The notes: generated from the letters alone by a model not told the origin. A stretch of 64,000 nucleotides of DNA from an uncultured candidatus Porisulfidus sp. (GCA_965116025.1 OZ220480.1:1472001-1536000); one strand, 5' to 3'; shown: positions 41,298 through 51,671, numbered from the stretch's first letter. Numbers and translations are program-made.

Positions 41298-41764
41298 CGG
41301 CGCAGAATCCAGTCGCACACGTCGCGCACCGCGCCGCGTCCTCCCGGGCTCGGGGTGATCCAGTCCGCGGCCTCGCGCGCCTCCCAGCGCGCGTCCGCCA
41401 CCGCCACGCCCATGCCAGCGGCCTCAAGCAAGGGCGCGTCGGTCACGTCGTCGCCAACGCAGACGACCTCCTCCCAGCGGAGGTTCAGCCGCTTGATCAT
41501 GGCGCGGGCCGTGGCATGCTTGTCGTCGCAGCCGAGGACGACCTCGCGGATTCCCAGTTCCCGCAGTCGCTTTCGGGTCGCCTCGCTCTTTCGCGCGCTG
41601 ATCACCGCGACCGGCACGCTGGCCTCGCGCAACAGGACTAGCCCCTGTCCGTCGTGCACGTGGAAGCGCTTGGCCTCGGAGCCATCTTCGGAAAGGTACA
41701 GATGGCCGTCGGTCAGGACGCCGTCGACATCCAGGATCAGAAGCTTGACGTCCTCGGGTCTCAT
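41294..41764 (-). CDS. kdsC: KDO 8-phosphate phosphatase
   Basis: DVDGVLTDG, FHVHDG, GDD and GGRGAVR. Confidence 0.95.
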   Translation of the reverse strand: MRPEDVKLLILDVDGVLTDGHLYLSEDGSEAKRFHVHDGQGLVLLREASVPVAVISARKSEATRKRLRELGIREVVLGCDDKHATARAMIKRLNLRWEEVVCVGDDVTDAPLLEAAGMGVAVADARWEAREAADWITPSPGGRGAVRDVCDWILRR

Positions 41765-42741
41765 CGCAGTCCGGCCGCGATCAGGTCGTGCATGTTGAGC
41801 GCGCCGACTAGTTCGCCGTCGCGCAGGACCGGGATGGCGTTGAACCGACGGTCGCGCATCCGGTGCAGCACGTCCTGGGCGAGCTCGTCCGGCGCCGCGG
41901 ACTGGAAGTCCCGCGTCATCGCCCGCTCGACCGCCGTGTCGTGGATGTCGACCTCGTCCGCTAGGCAGCGGCGCAGGTCTCCGTCGGTGAACACCCCGAC
42001 GATTCGACCGTTCCGGTCCAGGACGGTCGTCATCCCGAGTCCCTTCCCGGATATCTCGGGCAGGGCGTCGCGTAGCAAGGTGCCGATGGCGACTCTCGGG
42101 ACGCCGGTCCCGTCGCGCATCACGTCCCGCACGGTAGTTAACAGCTGCCGGCCCAGGCTGCCGCCCGGGTGGGTGTTGGCGAAATCCTCCGGCTTGAAGC
42201 CGTGGACATGCATCAAGGCCATCGCGAGCGCGTCGCCCATGGCGAGCGTCGCGGTCGTGCTGGAGGTGGGGGCGAGGTTGAGCGGGCAGGCTTCTCGCTC
42301 CACCGGAATTTCGAGGTGGAGGTCGGCCTGGCGGGCCAGCGCGGACTCGGGCCGCCCGGTCATCGCGATGATGGTGGAACCGATCTGGCGGACCAGCGGC
42401 AGCAAGTTCAGCATCTCCTCGGTCTCGCCGGAGAAGGACAGGGCCAGGGCGACGTCGCTGCGAGTGATCATGCCAAGGTCGCCGTGGCTCGCCTCGGCCG
42501 GGTGGACGAAGAACGAGGGGCTTCCGGTGCTGGCGAAGGTGGCGGCGATTTTCTGTCCGATGTGGCCGGACTTTCCCATGCCGATCACGATGATGTGCCC
42601 AGCGCAGCGGCTGAGCGTCCGGCAGCATTCGGCGAAATCCGGACCCACGCGGTCGGCCAGGAAGCGCACCGCGCCAGCCTCCTGAATCAATACGTCTCGG
42701 GCGACCTCGAGAATGTCCGAAGTCTGGTTAGAGTCGCTCAT
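41761..42741 (-). CDS. kdsD: Arabinose 5-phosphate isomerase (KpsF/GutQ)
   Basis: GMGKSGHIG, HPAEASHGDLG, EACPLNLAPTSS and HPGGSLG; CBS pair. Confidence 0.96.
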   Translation of the reverse strand: MSDSNQTSDILEVARDVLIQEAGAVRFLADRVGPDFAECCRTLSRCAGHIIVIGMGKSGHIGQKIAATFASTGSPSFFVHPAEASHGDLGMITRSDVALALSFSGETEEMLNLLPLVRQIGSTIIAMTGRPESALARQADLHLEIPVEREACPLNLAPTSSTTATLAMGDALAMALMHVHGFKPEDFANTHPGGSLGRQLLTTVRDVMRDGTGVPRVAIGTLLRDALPEISGKGLGMTTVLDRNGRIVGVFTDGDLRRCLADEVDIHDTAVERAMTRDFQSAAPDELAQDVLHRMRDRRFNAIPVLRDGELVGALNMHDLIAAGLR

Positions 42742-43688
42742 GCAGGGTCCATCATGCGCTCGGCGTTCCAGCCGAGATATCCTATATAGCACACCAGCAG
42801 CAGGAACGCGCCGGAGCGGGTTAGCCGCAGGCCGTCCCGACGCATCAGCAGGAAGCCGAGCAGGGCGGTCAGCGCCAGCATGAGCAGGCCGTCTCCCAGT
42901 AGCGTCGGCGAGACCGGGAACGGGTGGATGGCGGCGGGAACCCCGACCACGCCAAGCGTGTTGAACAGGTTGGAGCCGACCACGTTGCCGAGGATGAGCT
43001 TGCCACCCTCAAGGCGCCGGAGCGAGGCCAAGGAGGCGGCGAGCTCCGGCAGCGAGGTGCCGATGGCCACCAGGGTCAGTCCGACCAGCAGCTCGTCCAC
43101 CCCTAGCGTTCGGGCCAGGCCGACGGCCGCCCAGACCAACGCCCAGGCGCTGCCGAGCGTGAGGAGCAGCCCGAACAGGACCAAGGCCAAGGCGGACAGG
43201 GGCGCGCGCTCCGCTGGCTGGCTGGCGATTGGCTCGGCGGCATGGCCGCTGCGCACGATCCAAACGATGATCCCGACCAGGGCGAGCATCAGGCCGATAC
43301 CTTCCCAGCGTTCCAGCGACAGATCCTGGAGGGCCAGGAACACGGCCGCCGTGCCGAATAAGATCAAAGGGATATCGCGCCTCGCTAGGGTGGGATCCGC
43401 GCGCAGAGGAAGGATCAACGCCGAGATGCCCAGAATCAGCGCGATGTTGGCGACGTTGGAGCCGAAGGCGTTGCCGATCGCGATGCCGCCACTGCCGCGA
43501 GCGGCCGCCGTCGCGGAGACCAGCAACTCGGGCAGGCTGGTGCCGAACCCGAGGATCACCACGCCAATGGCGAACGCCGAGACGTTCAGCTGGCGGGCCA
43601 GGGCGGACGCGCCCTCGACTAGCTGGTCGGCGCTCCAAGCCAGCGTTGCGAAGCCAATGGCGACGACGATCAGGTAGGTCGGAAGCAT
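42738..43688 (-). CDS. yrbG: Ca2+/Na+ antiporter (CaCA family)
   Basis: Two alpha repeats (GTSLPE...GSN); usual neighbour of kdsD. Confidence 0.9.
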   Translation of the reverse strand: MLPTYLIVVAIGFATLAWSADQLVEGASALARQLNVSAFAIGVVILGFGTSLPELLVSATAAARGSGGIAIGNAFGSNVANIALILGISALILPLRADPTLARRDIPLILFGTAAVFLALQDLSLERWEGIGLMLALVGIIVWIVRSGHAAEPIASQPAERAPLSALALVLFGLLLTLGSAWALVWAAVGLARTLGVDELLVGLTLVAIGTSLPELAASLASLRRLEGGKLILGNVVGSNLFNTLGVVGVPAAIHPFPVSPTLLGDGLLMLALTALLGFLLMRRDGLRLTRSGAFLLLVCYIGYLGWNAERMMDPA

Positions 43689-43873
43689 GGGCGGTTAGGG
43701 ACGGGCGTTTGATGGAAACCGAAACCGGGGAAGGTCGCCGTCTTCCTGGACGGCGTTGGGAAGCGAGGACGGACGGCAAGCGATTCTACCCCACGGTGGA
43801 AACCCGGGTTTTGGTAGACTAAAAGCATGCGCGTCCATTCCGCCTCGTTCCGGTTTTCGCCGGCCCCGGGAGC

Positions 43874-46450
43874 GTGACCGATCCATTAAAGGTCGGCCGC
43901 CGCCTTCGCCCTCGTCCTGACGCGCTCCTCTCCATGACGAACTGGCCGCGCGTCCTGTATGACCGCCTGGTGCTGGATCGACCCTGGGCGGCTCTGGTCT
44001 TTCTGGCCGTGGTGGTGGGCGCCATGGCGACGCAGGCCGGGAACTTCCGCCTGGACGCTTCGTCCGACTCCCTGTTGCTGGAAAACGACGAGGACCTGCG
44101 CTACTACCGCGCGGTGATGGACCAGTACGGCGGGCGAGACTTCCTGTTCGTCACCTACAACCCGCGCGCGCCGATGCTCTCCCCGGCCATGCTGGAGGGC
44201 CTGGAGTCCCTGCGCGCGGACTTGCTGGCGATGCCAACGGTCGAGGACGTGGTCACCATCCTGGACGTGCCGCTCCTGAACTCTCCCCCGATCGACTTCA
44301 CCGAGCTCGGAAGCGTCAACCGCACCCTGCGCGATGCTGACGTGGACCGGGGTCTGGCGCTGCGCGAGCTGTCCACCAGCCCGTTCTACAGGGATATGCT
44401 GATGAGCGGGGACGGAGAGACCACCGCGCTGGCGGTTTATTTGCGGGCCGACAAGGTGGGCGACGCGTTGTTGCGCGACCGGGCCCGCCTGCGCGACGCG
44501 CGGCGCGCGGGGACCCTCGACGAGGCGGGCCGGCGGCGGCTGGAGGAGGTGACGCGGCGCTATGCCGACCATATGGCCGAGGTCGCGGACGCGCGCGCGG
44601 AGACCATCGCCGCGATCCGATCGGCGCTCGACCGCCACCGCGAGAAAGCGCGCATCTTCCTCGGCGGCGTCGCCATGATCGCGAGCGACATGATTGATTT
44701 CATCGACAGCGACCTGCGAATCTTCGGCGTCAGCGTGTTCGCCTTTCTGGTCCTGATGCTGACGGTCATATTTCGCCGTCCGCGCTGGATTTTGCTGCCG
44801 CTGGCTGGCTGCGCGGCCTCGGTCGCGCTGATGATGGGCACCCTGGCGCTGGCGCGCTGGCCGGTGACCGTGATCTCCTCGAACTTCGTCTCGTTGCTGC
44901 TGATCATCTGTATGTCGATGACGATCCACCTGATGGTTCGGTTCCGGGAGCTTCAGGCGAGAGAGCCGGACGGAGTCCCCCGGGATCTGGTCGCCCGGAC
45001 CATGCGCTTCATGTTCATTCCGATTCTGTACACGGCCCTGACGACGATGGTGGCTTTCACGTCGCTGCTGATCAGCGGGATTCGTCCGGTGATCGACTTT
45101 GGATACATGATGACGGCGGGGATCGCGATGGCGCTGGGCGTGATCTTCCTGCTGTTCCCGGCGGTGGTGGTCCTGCTGCCGCGGGCGCGCGGTGAGGAGC
45201 GCGACTTCACCCAGAGCGTCACTCTGGCGTTCGCGCGCCTGACCGAGCGGGGGCGGAAGCCGATCCTGATCGTCGCCGGAGTCCTGGCGATCATCGGCGC
45301 GCTTGGCGCGGCGCGCCTGGACGTGGAGAACCGCTTCATCGACTACTTCGACCCCGACACCGAGATCTTTCAGGGCATGCTGGAAATCGATCAGCACTTG
45401 GGCGGAACCACGCCGCTCGACATCATCCTGGAGGCGGACCCGGAGGCGGTGGTCGAGGAGTATGGGGAATTCGAGGAGGATTTCTACGCGGACCTAGACG
45501 ATGGCGCCGAGGAATCTCCAGGATATTGGTTCAATCCCTTGCGCTTGGGCGAATTGCGCCGACTGCACGAATGGCTGGACGCGCAACCGGAGGTTGGCAA
45601 AGTGCTGTCGCTGGACACGTTGATCCGGATGGCCGAGAGCGTCAACGACGGTGAGCCGTTGGATGACCTCAAGATCAGCTTGCTGCGCGAGGGGTTGTCG
45701 CGCCTTCCGGAAGACATGCGCGAAGTATTGTTGCGCCCGTTCCTGTCTGGAGACGGCAATCAGTTACGGGTGCAGCTGCGGGTGGTCGACTCCGACCCGA
45801 ACCTGCGCCGCGCTGAGTTTCTGGAGCGGGTCGACGGGTTCCTGCGCGAGGAGATGGGATACGAAGAGTCGCGCTATCGCCAGAGCGGCCTACTGGTGCT
45901 GTACAACAACGTCCTCCAGAGCCTGTTCGCCTCGCAGATCCAGACCATCGGATTCGTGTTCCTGAGCATCCTCGCCATGTTCCTGGTCCTGTTCCGCTCG
46001 CTACGTCTCGCCCTGATCGCGATCCTGCCAAACATGTTGCCGGCATTGCTGGTGCTCGGCGCGATGGGCTGGCTCGGCATTCCGCTGGACCTGATGACGA
46101 TCACGATCGCCGCGATCAGCGTTGGCATCGCGGTGGACAACACCATTCACTACGTCATTCGCTTCCGACGGGAGTTCCCGGCGGACCGCGACTACCGGGC
46201 GACCATGTGGCGTTGTCACGGAAGCATCGGGCGGGCGATGTACTACACCTCGCTGACCATCGTGGTCGGGTTCTCGATCCTGATGCTGTCGAATTTCGTG
46301 CCGACGTTCTATTTCGGGATGTTCACCGGACTCGCCATGCTGACCGCGCTGGTCGCCTCGCTGGCGCTGTTGCCCGCGTTGCTGCTGACGCTGCGCCCAC
46401 TGGGTCCAGAGAAAGCGGAGCCGGTGCCCGCGATGAGAATATCCGCATAA
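43874..46450 (+). CDS. MMPL/RND-superfamily transporter
   Basis: Two repeats of TM, periplasmic loop and 5 TMs; GIAVDNTIH. Start may be ATG 43934. Confidence 0.88.
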   Translation: MTDPLKVGRRLRPRPDALLSMTNWPRVLYDRLVLDRPWAALVFLAVVVGAMATQAGNFRLDASSDSLLLENDEDLRYYRAVMDQYGGRDFLFVTYNPRAPMLSPAMLEGLESLRADLLAMPTVEDVVTILDVPLLNSPPIDFTELGSVNRTLRDADVDRGLALRELSTSPFYRDMLMSGDGETTALAVYLRADKVGDALLRDRARLRDARRAGTLDEAGRRRLEEVTRRYADHMAEVADARAETIAAIRSALDRHREKARIFLGGVAMIASDMIDFIDSDLRIFGVSVFAFLVLMLTVIFRRPRWILLPLAGCAASVALMMGTLALARWPVTVISSNFVSLLLIICMSMTIHLMVRFRELQAREPDGVPRDLVARTMRFMFIPILYTALTTMVAFTSLLISGIRPVIDFGYMMTAGIAMALGVIFLLFPAVVVLLPRARGEERDFTQSVTLAFARLTERGRKPILIVAGVLAIIGALGAARLDVENRFIDYFDPDTEIFQGMLEIDQHLGGTTPLDIILEADPEAVVEEYGEFEEDFYADLDDGAEESPGYWFNPLRLGELRRLHEWLDAQPEVGKVLSLDTLIRMAESVNDGEPLDDLKISLLREGLSRLPEDMREVLLRPFLSGDGNQLRVQLRVVDSDPNLRRAEFLERVDGFLREEMGYEESRYRQSGLLVLYNNVLQSLFASQIQTIGFVFLSILAMFLVLFRSLRLALIAILPNMLPALLVLGAMGWLGIPLDLMTITIAAISVGIAVDNTIHYVIRFRREFPADRDYRATMWRCHGSIGRAMYYTSLTIVVGFSILMLSNFVPTFYFGMFTGLAMLTALVASLALLPALLLTLRPLGPEKAEPVPAMRISA

Positions 46451-46494
46451 TGTGCGGAGAATAGAGAGTATAATCTCCGCAAAATCCGCGGAGA
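46442..46494 (+). promoter_or_regulatory. Repeated TCCGCA/TGCGGA boxes around a TATAAT upstream of the Fic gene
   Basis: TGCGGAGA (46453-46460) ... TATAAT (46469-46474) ... TCTCCGCA (46474-46481), with extra half-sites on both sides. Confidence 0.6.
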
Positions 46495-46499
46495 CCGGC

Positions 46500-47606
46500 A
46501 TGTACCTGTGGGAACGTGATCAATGGCCCGGCTTCTTCTGGAACGAGGCGCGCCTGAGAGAGCTCCTCGCTCGCGCGCATCTCGAGAGGGGGCGGTTGCT
46601 GGGCAAGATGGACGCTTTGGGGTTCGACCTGCGGGAAGAGGCCCGCCTGCGAGTCCTGACTCGGGAGATCGTGAAATCCAGCGAGATCGAGGGAGAGATT
46701 CTGGACGGCGACCAAGTGCGCTCGTCCATCGCCCGGCGTTTGGGATTGGAGACGGGAGGATCTCTGGACGCGGACCGGAACGTCGAGGGCGTCGTGGAGA
46801 TGGTGCTGGACGCGACCGCAGGGCGCAACCGGCCGCTGACCGGGGAGCGTTTGCGCGGATGGCATGCGGCCTTGTTTCCGACCGGCCACAGCGGCCTGCG
46901 GAAAATCACCGTGGGAGATTGGCGTGATGATCGAGATGGCCCGATGCAGGTCGTGTCGGGCCCGATAGGAAAAGAGAGAGTTCACTACGAGGCTCCTCCA
47001 GCTGATCGGGTGCCCGACGAGATGACGAGATTCCTCGCGTGGTTCGAGCGGTCGGCCGACATGGACCCTCTCGTCAAGGCGGGCGTTTGCCACTTGTGGT
47101 TCGTGACGATCCACCCTTTCGAGGATGGCAACGGGCGCATGGCGCGCGCTGTGACCGACATGGCCCTTGCGCGGGCCGACGGCGACCCTCGACGCTTCTA
47201 CAGCATGTCCGCACGGATCCGGGAGGAGCGCGATCGATACTACGGCGCACTCGAGCGAGCGCAAAGGTCGAGTCTGGACGCGACTCCGTGGCTGGAGTGG
47301 TTTTTGGCCTGCCTGATTCGGGCGGTCGAGGATTCGGAAAACGTCGTTGGCTTGGTCCTGCGCAAAGCGCGATTCTGGGAACGTTTCGCCCAGGAACCTC
47401 TCAACGCGAGGCAGATCAAGTGCCTGAACCGGATGCTGGATGGCTTCCAAGGAAAAATGACTTCCTCTAAGTGGGCGAAGATCGCCAAGTGCTCGCAGGA
47501 CACTGCGTATCGGGACATCCTCGACCTGATTCGGCGCGATGTCCTCGAAAGAAATTCTGGAGGCGGACGTAGCGTCAGCTACTCAATCACGAAAGAAATT
47601 TCATAG
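46500..47606 (+). CDS. Fic-family protein (DUF4172-like N-terminus, C-terminal HTH)
   Basis: YLWE...WP.F.W N-terminus, SSEIEGE inhibitory helix, HPFEDGNGRMAR Fic motif and SQDTAYRDI. Confidence 0.92.
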   Translation: MYLWERDQWPGFFWNEARLRELLARAHLERGRLLGKMDALGFDLREEARLRVLTREIVKSSEIEGEILDGDQVRSSIARRLGLETGGSLDADRNVEGVVEMVLDATAGRNRPLTGERLRGWHAALFPTGHSGLRKITVGDWRDDRDGPMQVVSGPIGKERVHYEAPPADRVPDEMTRFLAWFERSADMDPLVKAGVCHLWFVTIHPFEDGNGRMARAVTDMALARADGDPRRFYSMSARIREERDRYYGALERAQRSSLDATPWLEWFLACLIRAVEDSENVVGLVLRKARFWERFAQEPLNARQIKCLNRMLDGFQGKMTSSKWAKIAKCSQDTAYRDILDLIRRDVLERNSGGGRSVSYSITKEIS

Positions 47607-47674
47607 AGTGCGGTCAATGCTTGGGGCAGGTTTTCGTCCGTCATATCCAGCTGGTCATCGAGTTGGTGCCGATT

Positions 47675-47845
47675 CTATAAGACCGCCACGGCCGGAAGTT
47701 CCACGACGACCCAGCCCGCCTGATTGGAGCAGGATGGTCTCTAGCCGCCGGTCGAGTAATGCAGGCCGAATGGGGCCGTCTTTCGCAGCGGGTGCAGAAA
47801 GGTCGGAACCGCGGCCGCGATGCCGTGGATCTGCGCCTCGGCCAT
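47675..47845 (-). pseudogene. 5' remnant resembling a steroid 5-alpha-reductase-like (3-oxo-5-alpha-steroid 4-dehydrogenase) gene
   Basis: Reads MAEAQIHGIAAAVPTFLHPLRKTAPFGLHYSTGG*RPSCSNQAGWVVVELPAVAVL*, resembling the family pattern TAPYGRH...GWGP......GW..MELP with TAG at the Trp position. Confidence 0.5.
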
Positions 47846-47854
47846 GCTCGCGTT

Positions 47855-48184
47855 TCAGGGCGTGGAGTCCGGGCTTTCTGATCGCGGCTTCCCGAATCTA
47901 TAAAACCGCTTGTCCAAGAAATCCCGCATGGCGTCGATCTGCTCGCCCGTCCAGTCGAGCCCGGCTCCCTCGCGGCAGTGATCCACGCGCGCGCGCAGTT
48001 CCGCGGCGTTCGCGACGATGCCTCTCGTCCCGCGATACAGCACGTGGCCGTCGCCGCCGGTGACGCGCGCGTGACAGGCGACGCAACGCTCTTGATGTAC
48101 ACTGCCCGCGTCAAACGCCCGCGCGTCTTCCGGGCCGGGCAGGGCGAGCGCCCCGAGCGGAACGAGAATCTTCCAGAGTCTCAT
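47855..48184 (-). CDS. Small monoheme cytochrome c
   Basis: Signal-like N-terminus, CVACH heme motif, a third Cys, and a W...Q.....FL...FY.F tail. Confidence 0.85.
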   Translation of the reverse strand: MRLWKILVPLGALALPGPEDARAFDAGSVHQERCVACHARVTGGDGHVLYRGTRGIVANAAELRARVDHCREGAGLDWTGEQIDAMRDFLDKRFYRFGKPRSESPDSTP

Positions 48185-48737
48185 GTCAAAGAGAAAGAAT
48201 CTGATTTGGATTGATCTGGAGATGACCGGGCTCAACCCGGACGTGGACCGTATCATTGAGATCGCCACCGTGGTCACCGATCCGGAGCTCAACGTCCTGG
48301 CCACTGGCCCGGAGTTGGCGATCCACCAGTCGGATGCCTGTCTGGCCGGGATGGACGAATGGAACACCTCGCACCATGGCGCGTCCGGCTTGACCGAGGC
48401 GGCGCGCCGCTCTCGTTGCGACGAGGCGCGAGCCGAGCGCGAGACGCTGAAGTTTCTGGAGTCGCATGTCGCGCGCGGGGTCTCGCCGATGTGTGGCAAT
48501 AGCATCTGCCAGGACCGACGTTTTCTGGCCCGCTGGATGCCGGAGTTGGAACGTTTCTTTCATTACCGCAACTTGGACGTTAGCACGCTCAAGGAATTAG
48601 CCGCGCGCTGGTATTCGGATCAGATCGAACCGTTCGAGAAGCCTTCCACGCATCGGGCGCTTGAGGATATTCGCGATTCAATTCGGGAGTTGGAGCATTA
48701 TCGCCGACGAATGTTTCAGGTCGTGGCGACTCCCTGA
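48183..48737 (+). CDS. orn: Oligoribonuclease
   Basis: [36 protein letters not shown] and HRALEDI. Confidence 0.98.
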   Translation: MSKRKNLIWIDLEMTGLNPDVDRIIEIATVVTDPELNVLATGPELAIHQSDACLAGMDEWNTSHHGASGLTEAARRSRCDEARAERETLKFLESHVARGVSPMCGNSICQDRRFLARWMPELERFFHYRNLDVSTLKELAARWYSDQIEPFEKPSTHRALEDIRDSIRELEHYRRRMFQVVATP

Positions 48738-50359
48738 CGCGCCCGCGCCCTCCGCTCGCGCGGGTCCAGCACGGTGTCGCGGCCATCCAGAGCCGGGTCC
48801 ATTTCCGGGTGGTCCAGGGTGTGATGCAGGCCGCGGCTTTCGTGACGCGCTATCGCGCAGCGGATGATCAGGTCGGCCACCTGCGCGAGGTTGCGCAACT
48901 CGATCAGGTCCCGCGAGACGCGGAAGTCTCGATAGTATTCGTCGATCTCCTCACGCAACAGGGCGCAACGGCGCCTCGCCCGCTCCAACCGCTTGCTGGT
49001 GCGCACGATTCCCACGTAATCCCACATGAAGCGGCGGAGTTCGTCCCAGTTGTGCGCGACCACCACTTCCTCGTCGGAGTCTGACACCCGGCTCTCGTCC
49101 CAGGGCGCGACTTCCGGCAGCGGCGCGCCGAGGGATAGCGCGGCGTTGATGCGCTCGCTCGCGGCGTGGGCGTACACCAGGCATTCCAGCAGGGAGTTGC
49201 TGGCCATCCGGTTCGCCCCGTGCAGCCCGGTGTGCGCGACCTCGCCGATGGCGTACAGTCCCGGGAGGTCGGAGCGGCCGTGGTGGTCGGTCACGACGCC
49301 GCCGCAGGTATAGTGCGCGGCCGGCACCACCGGGATCGGCTCGCGGGTCAGGTCGATGTCGCACTCGAGGCAGCGGGCGCAAGCGTTTGGAAACGCCTCT
49401 CGCAGGCGTTCGGCCGGCTCGTGGCTGATGTCGAGGTGCACGTAATCAAGCCCGAGACGCTTCATCTCGTGGTCGATGGCGCGCGCGACGATGTCCCGGG
49501 GCGCTAGCTCGCCGCGCTCGTCGAAGCGGCGCATGAATTCCTCGCCGTTGCCTGGGAGGCGCAGTTTCGCGCCCTCGCCGCGCAATGCCTCGGTCATCAG
49601 GAAGGATTTGGCGCGCGGGTCGTACAGACAGGTCGGATGGAACTGGATGAATTCCATGTTGGCCACGCGGCAACCGGCTCTCCAAGCCATGGCTAGGCCG
49701 TCGCCGGACGATGTATCCGGGTTGGACGTGTACAGGTAGGCCTTGCTGGCTCCGCCGGTGGCCAGGATCACGCGGCGAGCGCGGTAGGCGACGATCGCTC
49801 GGGTTCGGGTGTCTTGGACGTAGACGCCCACGCAACGGGGCTCCCCGGCGCTTCGCTGGACGATTAGATCCACTGCGATGCAGTGGTCGCGAATCTCCAT
49901 GTTGGGGCGTTCGCGCGCCTGCCCCATAAGGGCTTCCTGGATCGTGCGGCCGGTGTGGTCGGCGACGTGCGCGACTCGTCGGCGGCTATGGCCGCCCTCC
50001 CGAGTCAAGTGTAGCCCGCCTGAGGGCGGGTGGGGAGTGAAGTCCACGCCCTGGTTCTGCAGCCAGCGGATCATCGCGGCGCCTCGGTCCGCGACTCTGC
50101 GCACCACTTCCGGATGGCACAGCCCGCATCCGGTCGAGATCGTGTCGGCGACATGCAGCGCCACCGAGTCCTTATCGTCCAGCGCGGCCGACACGCCGCC
50201 TTGAGCGTAGGTGGTCGAGCTTTCGGCGGGACTCGCCTTGCATAACAACGTGACGCGCAGGCGCGGGTCCATCTCCAGAGCGGCGCACAGGCCGGCCGCC
50301 CCGCCGCCGAGGATCAGAATATCCGTGTCGTGGGTGACGGAGGTCTCGCCTGCGGGCAC
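48716..50359 (-). CDS. nadB: L-aspartate oxidase
   Basis: GGGAAG, YAQGG, REGGHS, FIQFHPT and [15 protein letters not shown]; divergent from rpoE; GTG start inferred. Confidence 0.97.
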   Translation of the reverse strand: MPAGETSVTHDTDILILGGGAAGLCAALEMDPRLRVTLLCKASPAESSTTYAQGGVSAALDDKDSVALHVADTISTGCGLCHPEVVRRVADRGAAMIRWLQNQGVDFTPHPPSGGLHLTREGGHSRRRVAHVADHTGRTIQEALMGQARERPNMEIRDHCIAVDLIVQRSAGEPRCVGVYVQDTRTRAIVAYRARRVILATGGASKAYLYTSNPDTSSGDGLAMAWRAGCRVANMEFIQFHPTCLYDPRAKSFLMTEALRGEGAKLRLPGNGEEFMRRFDERGELAPRDIVARAIDHEMKRLGLDYVHLDISHEPAERLREAFPNACARCLECDIDLTREPIPVVPAAHYTCGGVVTDHHGRSDLPGLYAIGEVAHTGLHGANRMASNSLLECLVYAHAASERINAALSLGAPLPEVAPWDESRVSDSDEEVVVAHNWDELRRFMWDYVGIVRTSKRLERARRRCALLREEIDEYYRDFRVSRDLIELRNLAQVADLIIRCAIARHESRGLHHTLDHPEMDPALDGRDTVLDPRERRARARQGVATT

Positions 50360-50481
50360 GATTCCGCGAATTTCGCCGAGGGAAAGGGCAATTATAATGT
50401 CGCCTCCATGCATTGACCCCCATGCGCGCTTGACGAAGTCCCGCAAGAGCCTTTCTTGGCGGATCGATCCCAGGCGCCGAG

Positions 50482-51072
50482 ATGAGCGACCGAAGCGACC
50501 GCGATCTGGTTCGCCGCGCCAAGGCGGGGGAGACGGGCGCGTTCGACGCGCTGGTCGAGAAATACCAGAACCGTATCCTGAATCTGGTCGGGCGCTATGT
50601 GTCGAATCCGGTCTCTCGCCAGGACGTGGCCCAGGAAGCCTTTCTCAAGGCGTGGCGCAACATCAAGAGCTTTCGAGGCGACAGCCAGTTCTACACCTGG
50701 CTGTTCCGGATCGCGGTCAACACGGCGATCAATCATTTGGCGGCCGCGCGGCGCAGGCCGGAATACACGTTGCCCCCGGATGAGGAGGGAGAGGCGAGCG
50801 TGGACGACATGCGGGTCGATTTGGATACGCCGGAGGGCATGGCGCAGGCCGAGGAGGTGGGCGCGATGGTGAACAAAACGATTTCCGAATTGTCGGAAGA
50901 CTTGAGAGTGGCGATCACCCTGCGCGAACTGGAAGGCATGAGTTACGAGCAGATCGCCTACGTGATGAAATGTCCGGTCGGCACGGTGCGCTCGCGCATC
51001 TTTCGGGCCCGGGAGGCCATTGATGAGCGACTGCGGCCGATGCTGGAAGATTCTTCAGGAGGATTCGAATGA
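50482..51072 (+). CDS. rpoE: ECF sigma factor RpoE/AlgU
   Basis: DVAQEAF, FRGDSQFYTWLFRIAVNT and GTVRSRIFRARE. Confidence 0.97.
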   Translation: MSDRSDRDLVRRAKAGETGAFDALVEKYQNRILNLVGRYVSNPVSRQDVAQEAFLKAWRNIKSFRGDSQFYTWLFRIAVNTAINHLAAARRRPEYTLPPDEEGEASVDDMRVDLDTPEGMAQAEEVGAMVNKTISELSEDLRVAITLRELEGMSYEQIAYVMKCPVGTVRSRIFRAREAIDERLRPMLEDSSGGFE

Positions 51073-51596
51073 GCGACCAGCGCGGTGAATGGGTTTCCGC
51101 GTATCTGGACGACGAGATCACGTCCGCGGAGCGGGCCCGGGCGAGTCACGCGCTGAGCCGAGAGGCGGAAGCGCGCCGCCGTTTGGGACGTTACCAGATG
51201 ATCGGCGAGGCGTTGCGCGGCGAGCTTCCGCAAGGAATGCGCGCGGGATTCGCGAGTCGGGTCTATCGGCGGATCGTCCAAGAAAGCCACCTCGTTTCTT
51301 CTTCCAGACGCGCGTCCTTGAGGGAGTTCTGGGTCTGGATCCGGAATCCAGTTCCGTTGGCGACGGCTGGCGGTTTGCTGGCCGCGCTGGGTGTGGCGGG
51401 ACTGTGGCTTCTCGCGCAGCAGCCGGTGAGCGCTCCAAGGGTGGCCGCCCCGACGATTCCCTCCATCGCGAGCGCCCCGGAATCCGATCTGGACGCGAAG
51501 ACGCGCCAGCGGATTCTCGGATACTTGGCGGTCCATGCGGAAGTTGAGCCCCGGACGCTGATGCCGTACGCTCAGTTGGTCGAATATGAGGAATAG
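51069..51596 (+). CDS. rseA: Anti-sigma-E factor RseA/MucA
   Basis: SAYLDDE and RYQMIGEALRGE; single TM; follows rpoE. Confidence 0.9.
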   Translation: MSDQRGEWVSAYLDDEITSAERARASHALSREAEARRRLGRYQMIGEALRGELPQGMRAGFASRVYRRIVQESHLVSSSRRASLREFWVWIRNPVPLATAGGLLAALGVAGLWLLAQQPVSAPRVAAPTIPSIASAPESDLDAKTRQRILGYLAVHAEVEPRTLMPYAQLVEYEE

Positions 51597-51671
51597 GATG
51601 GCGCGGGACGCTTCGGGTCGTCTCGGAGTTCCGGGAAGCGATTCTCGCGGGCCGGAGTCCGTTTCGCGGAC

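Noticed and set aside
51597-51671. GC-rich hairpins between rseA and rseB
   Set aside because: Short stems are expected at this GC content; no second copy or recognisable RNA motif.
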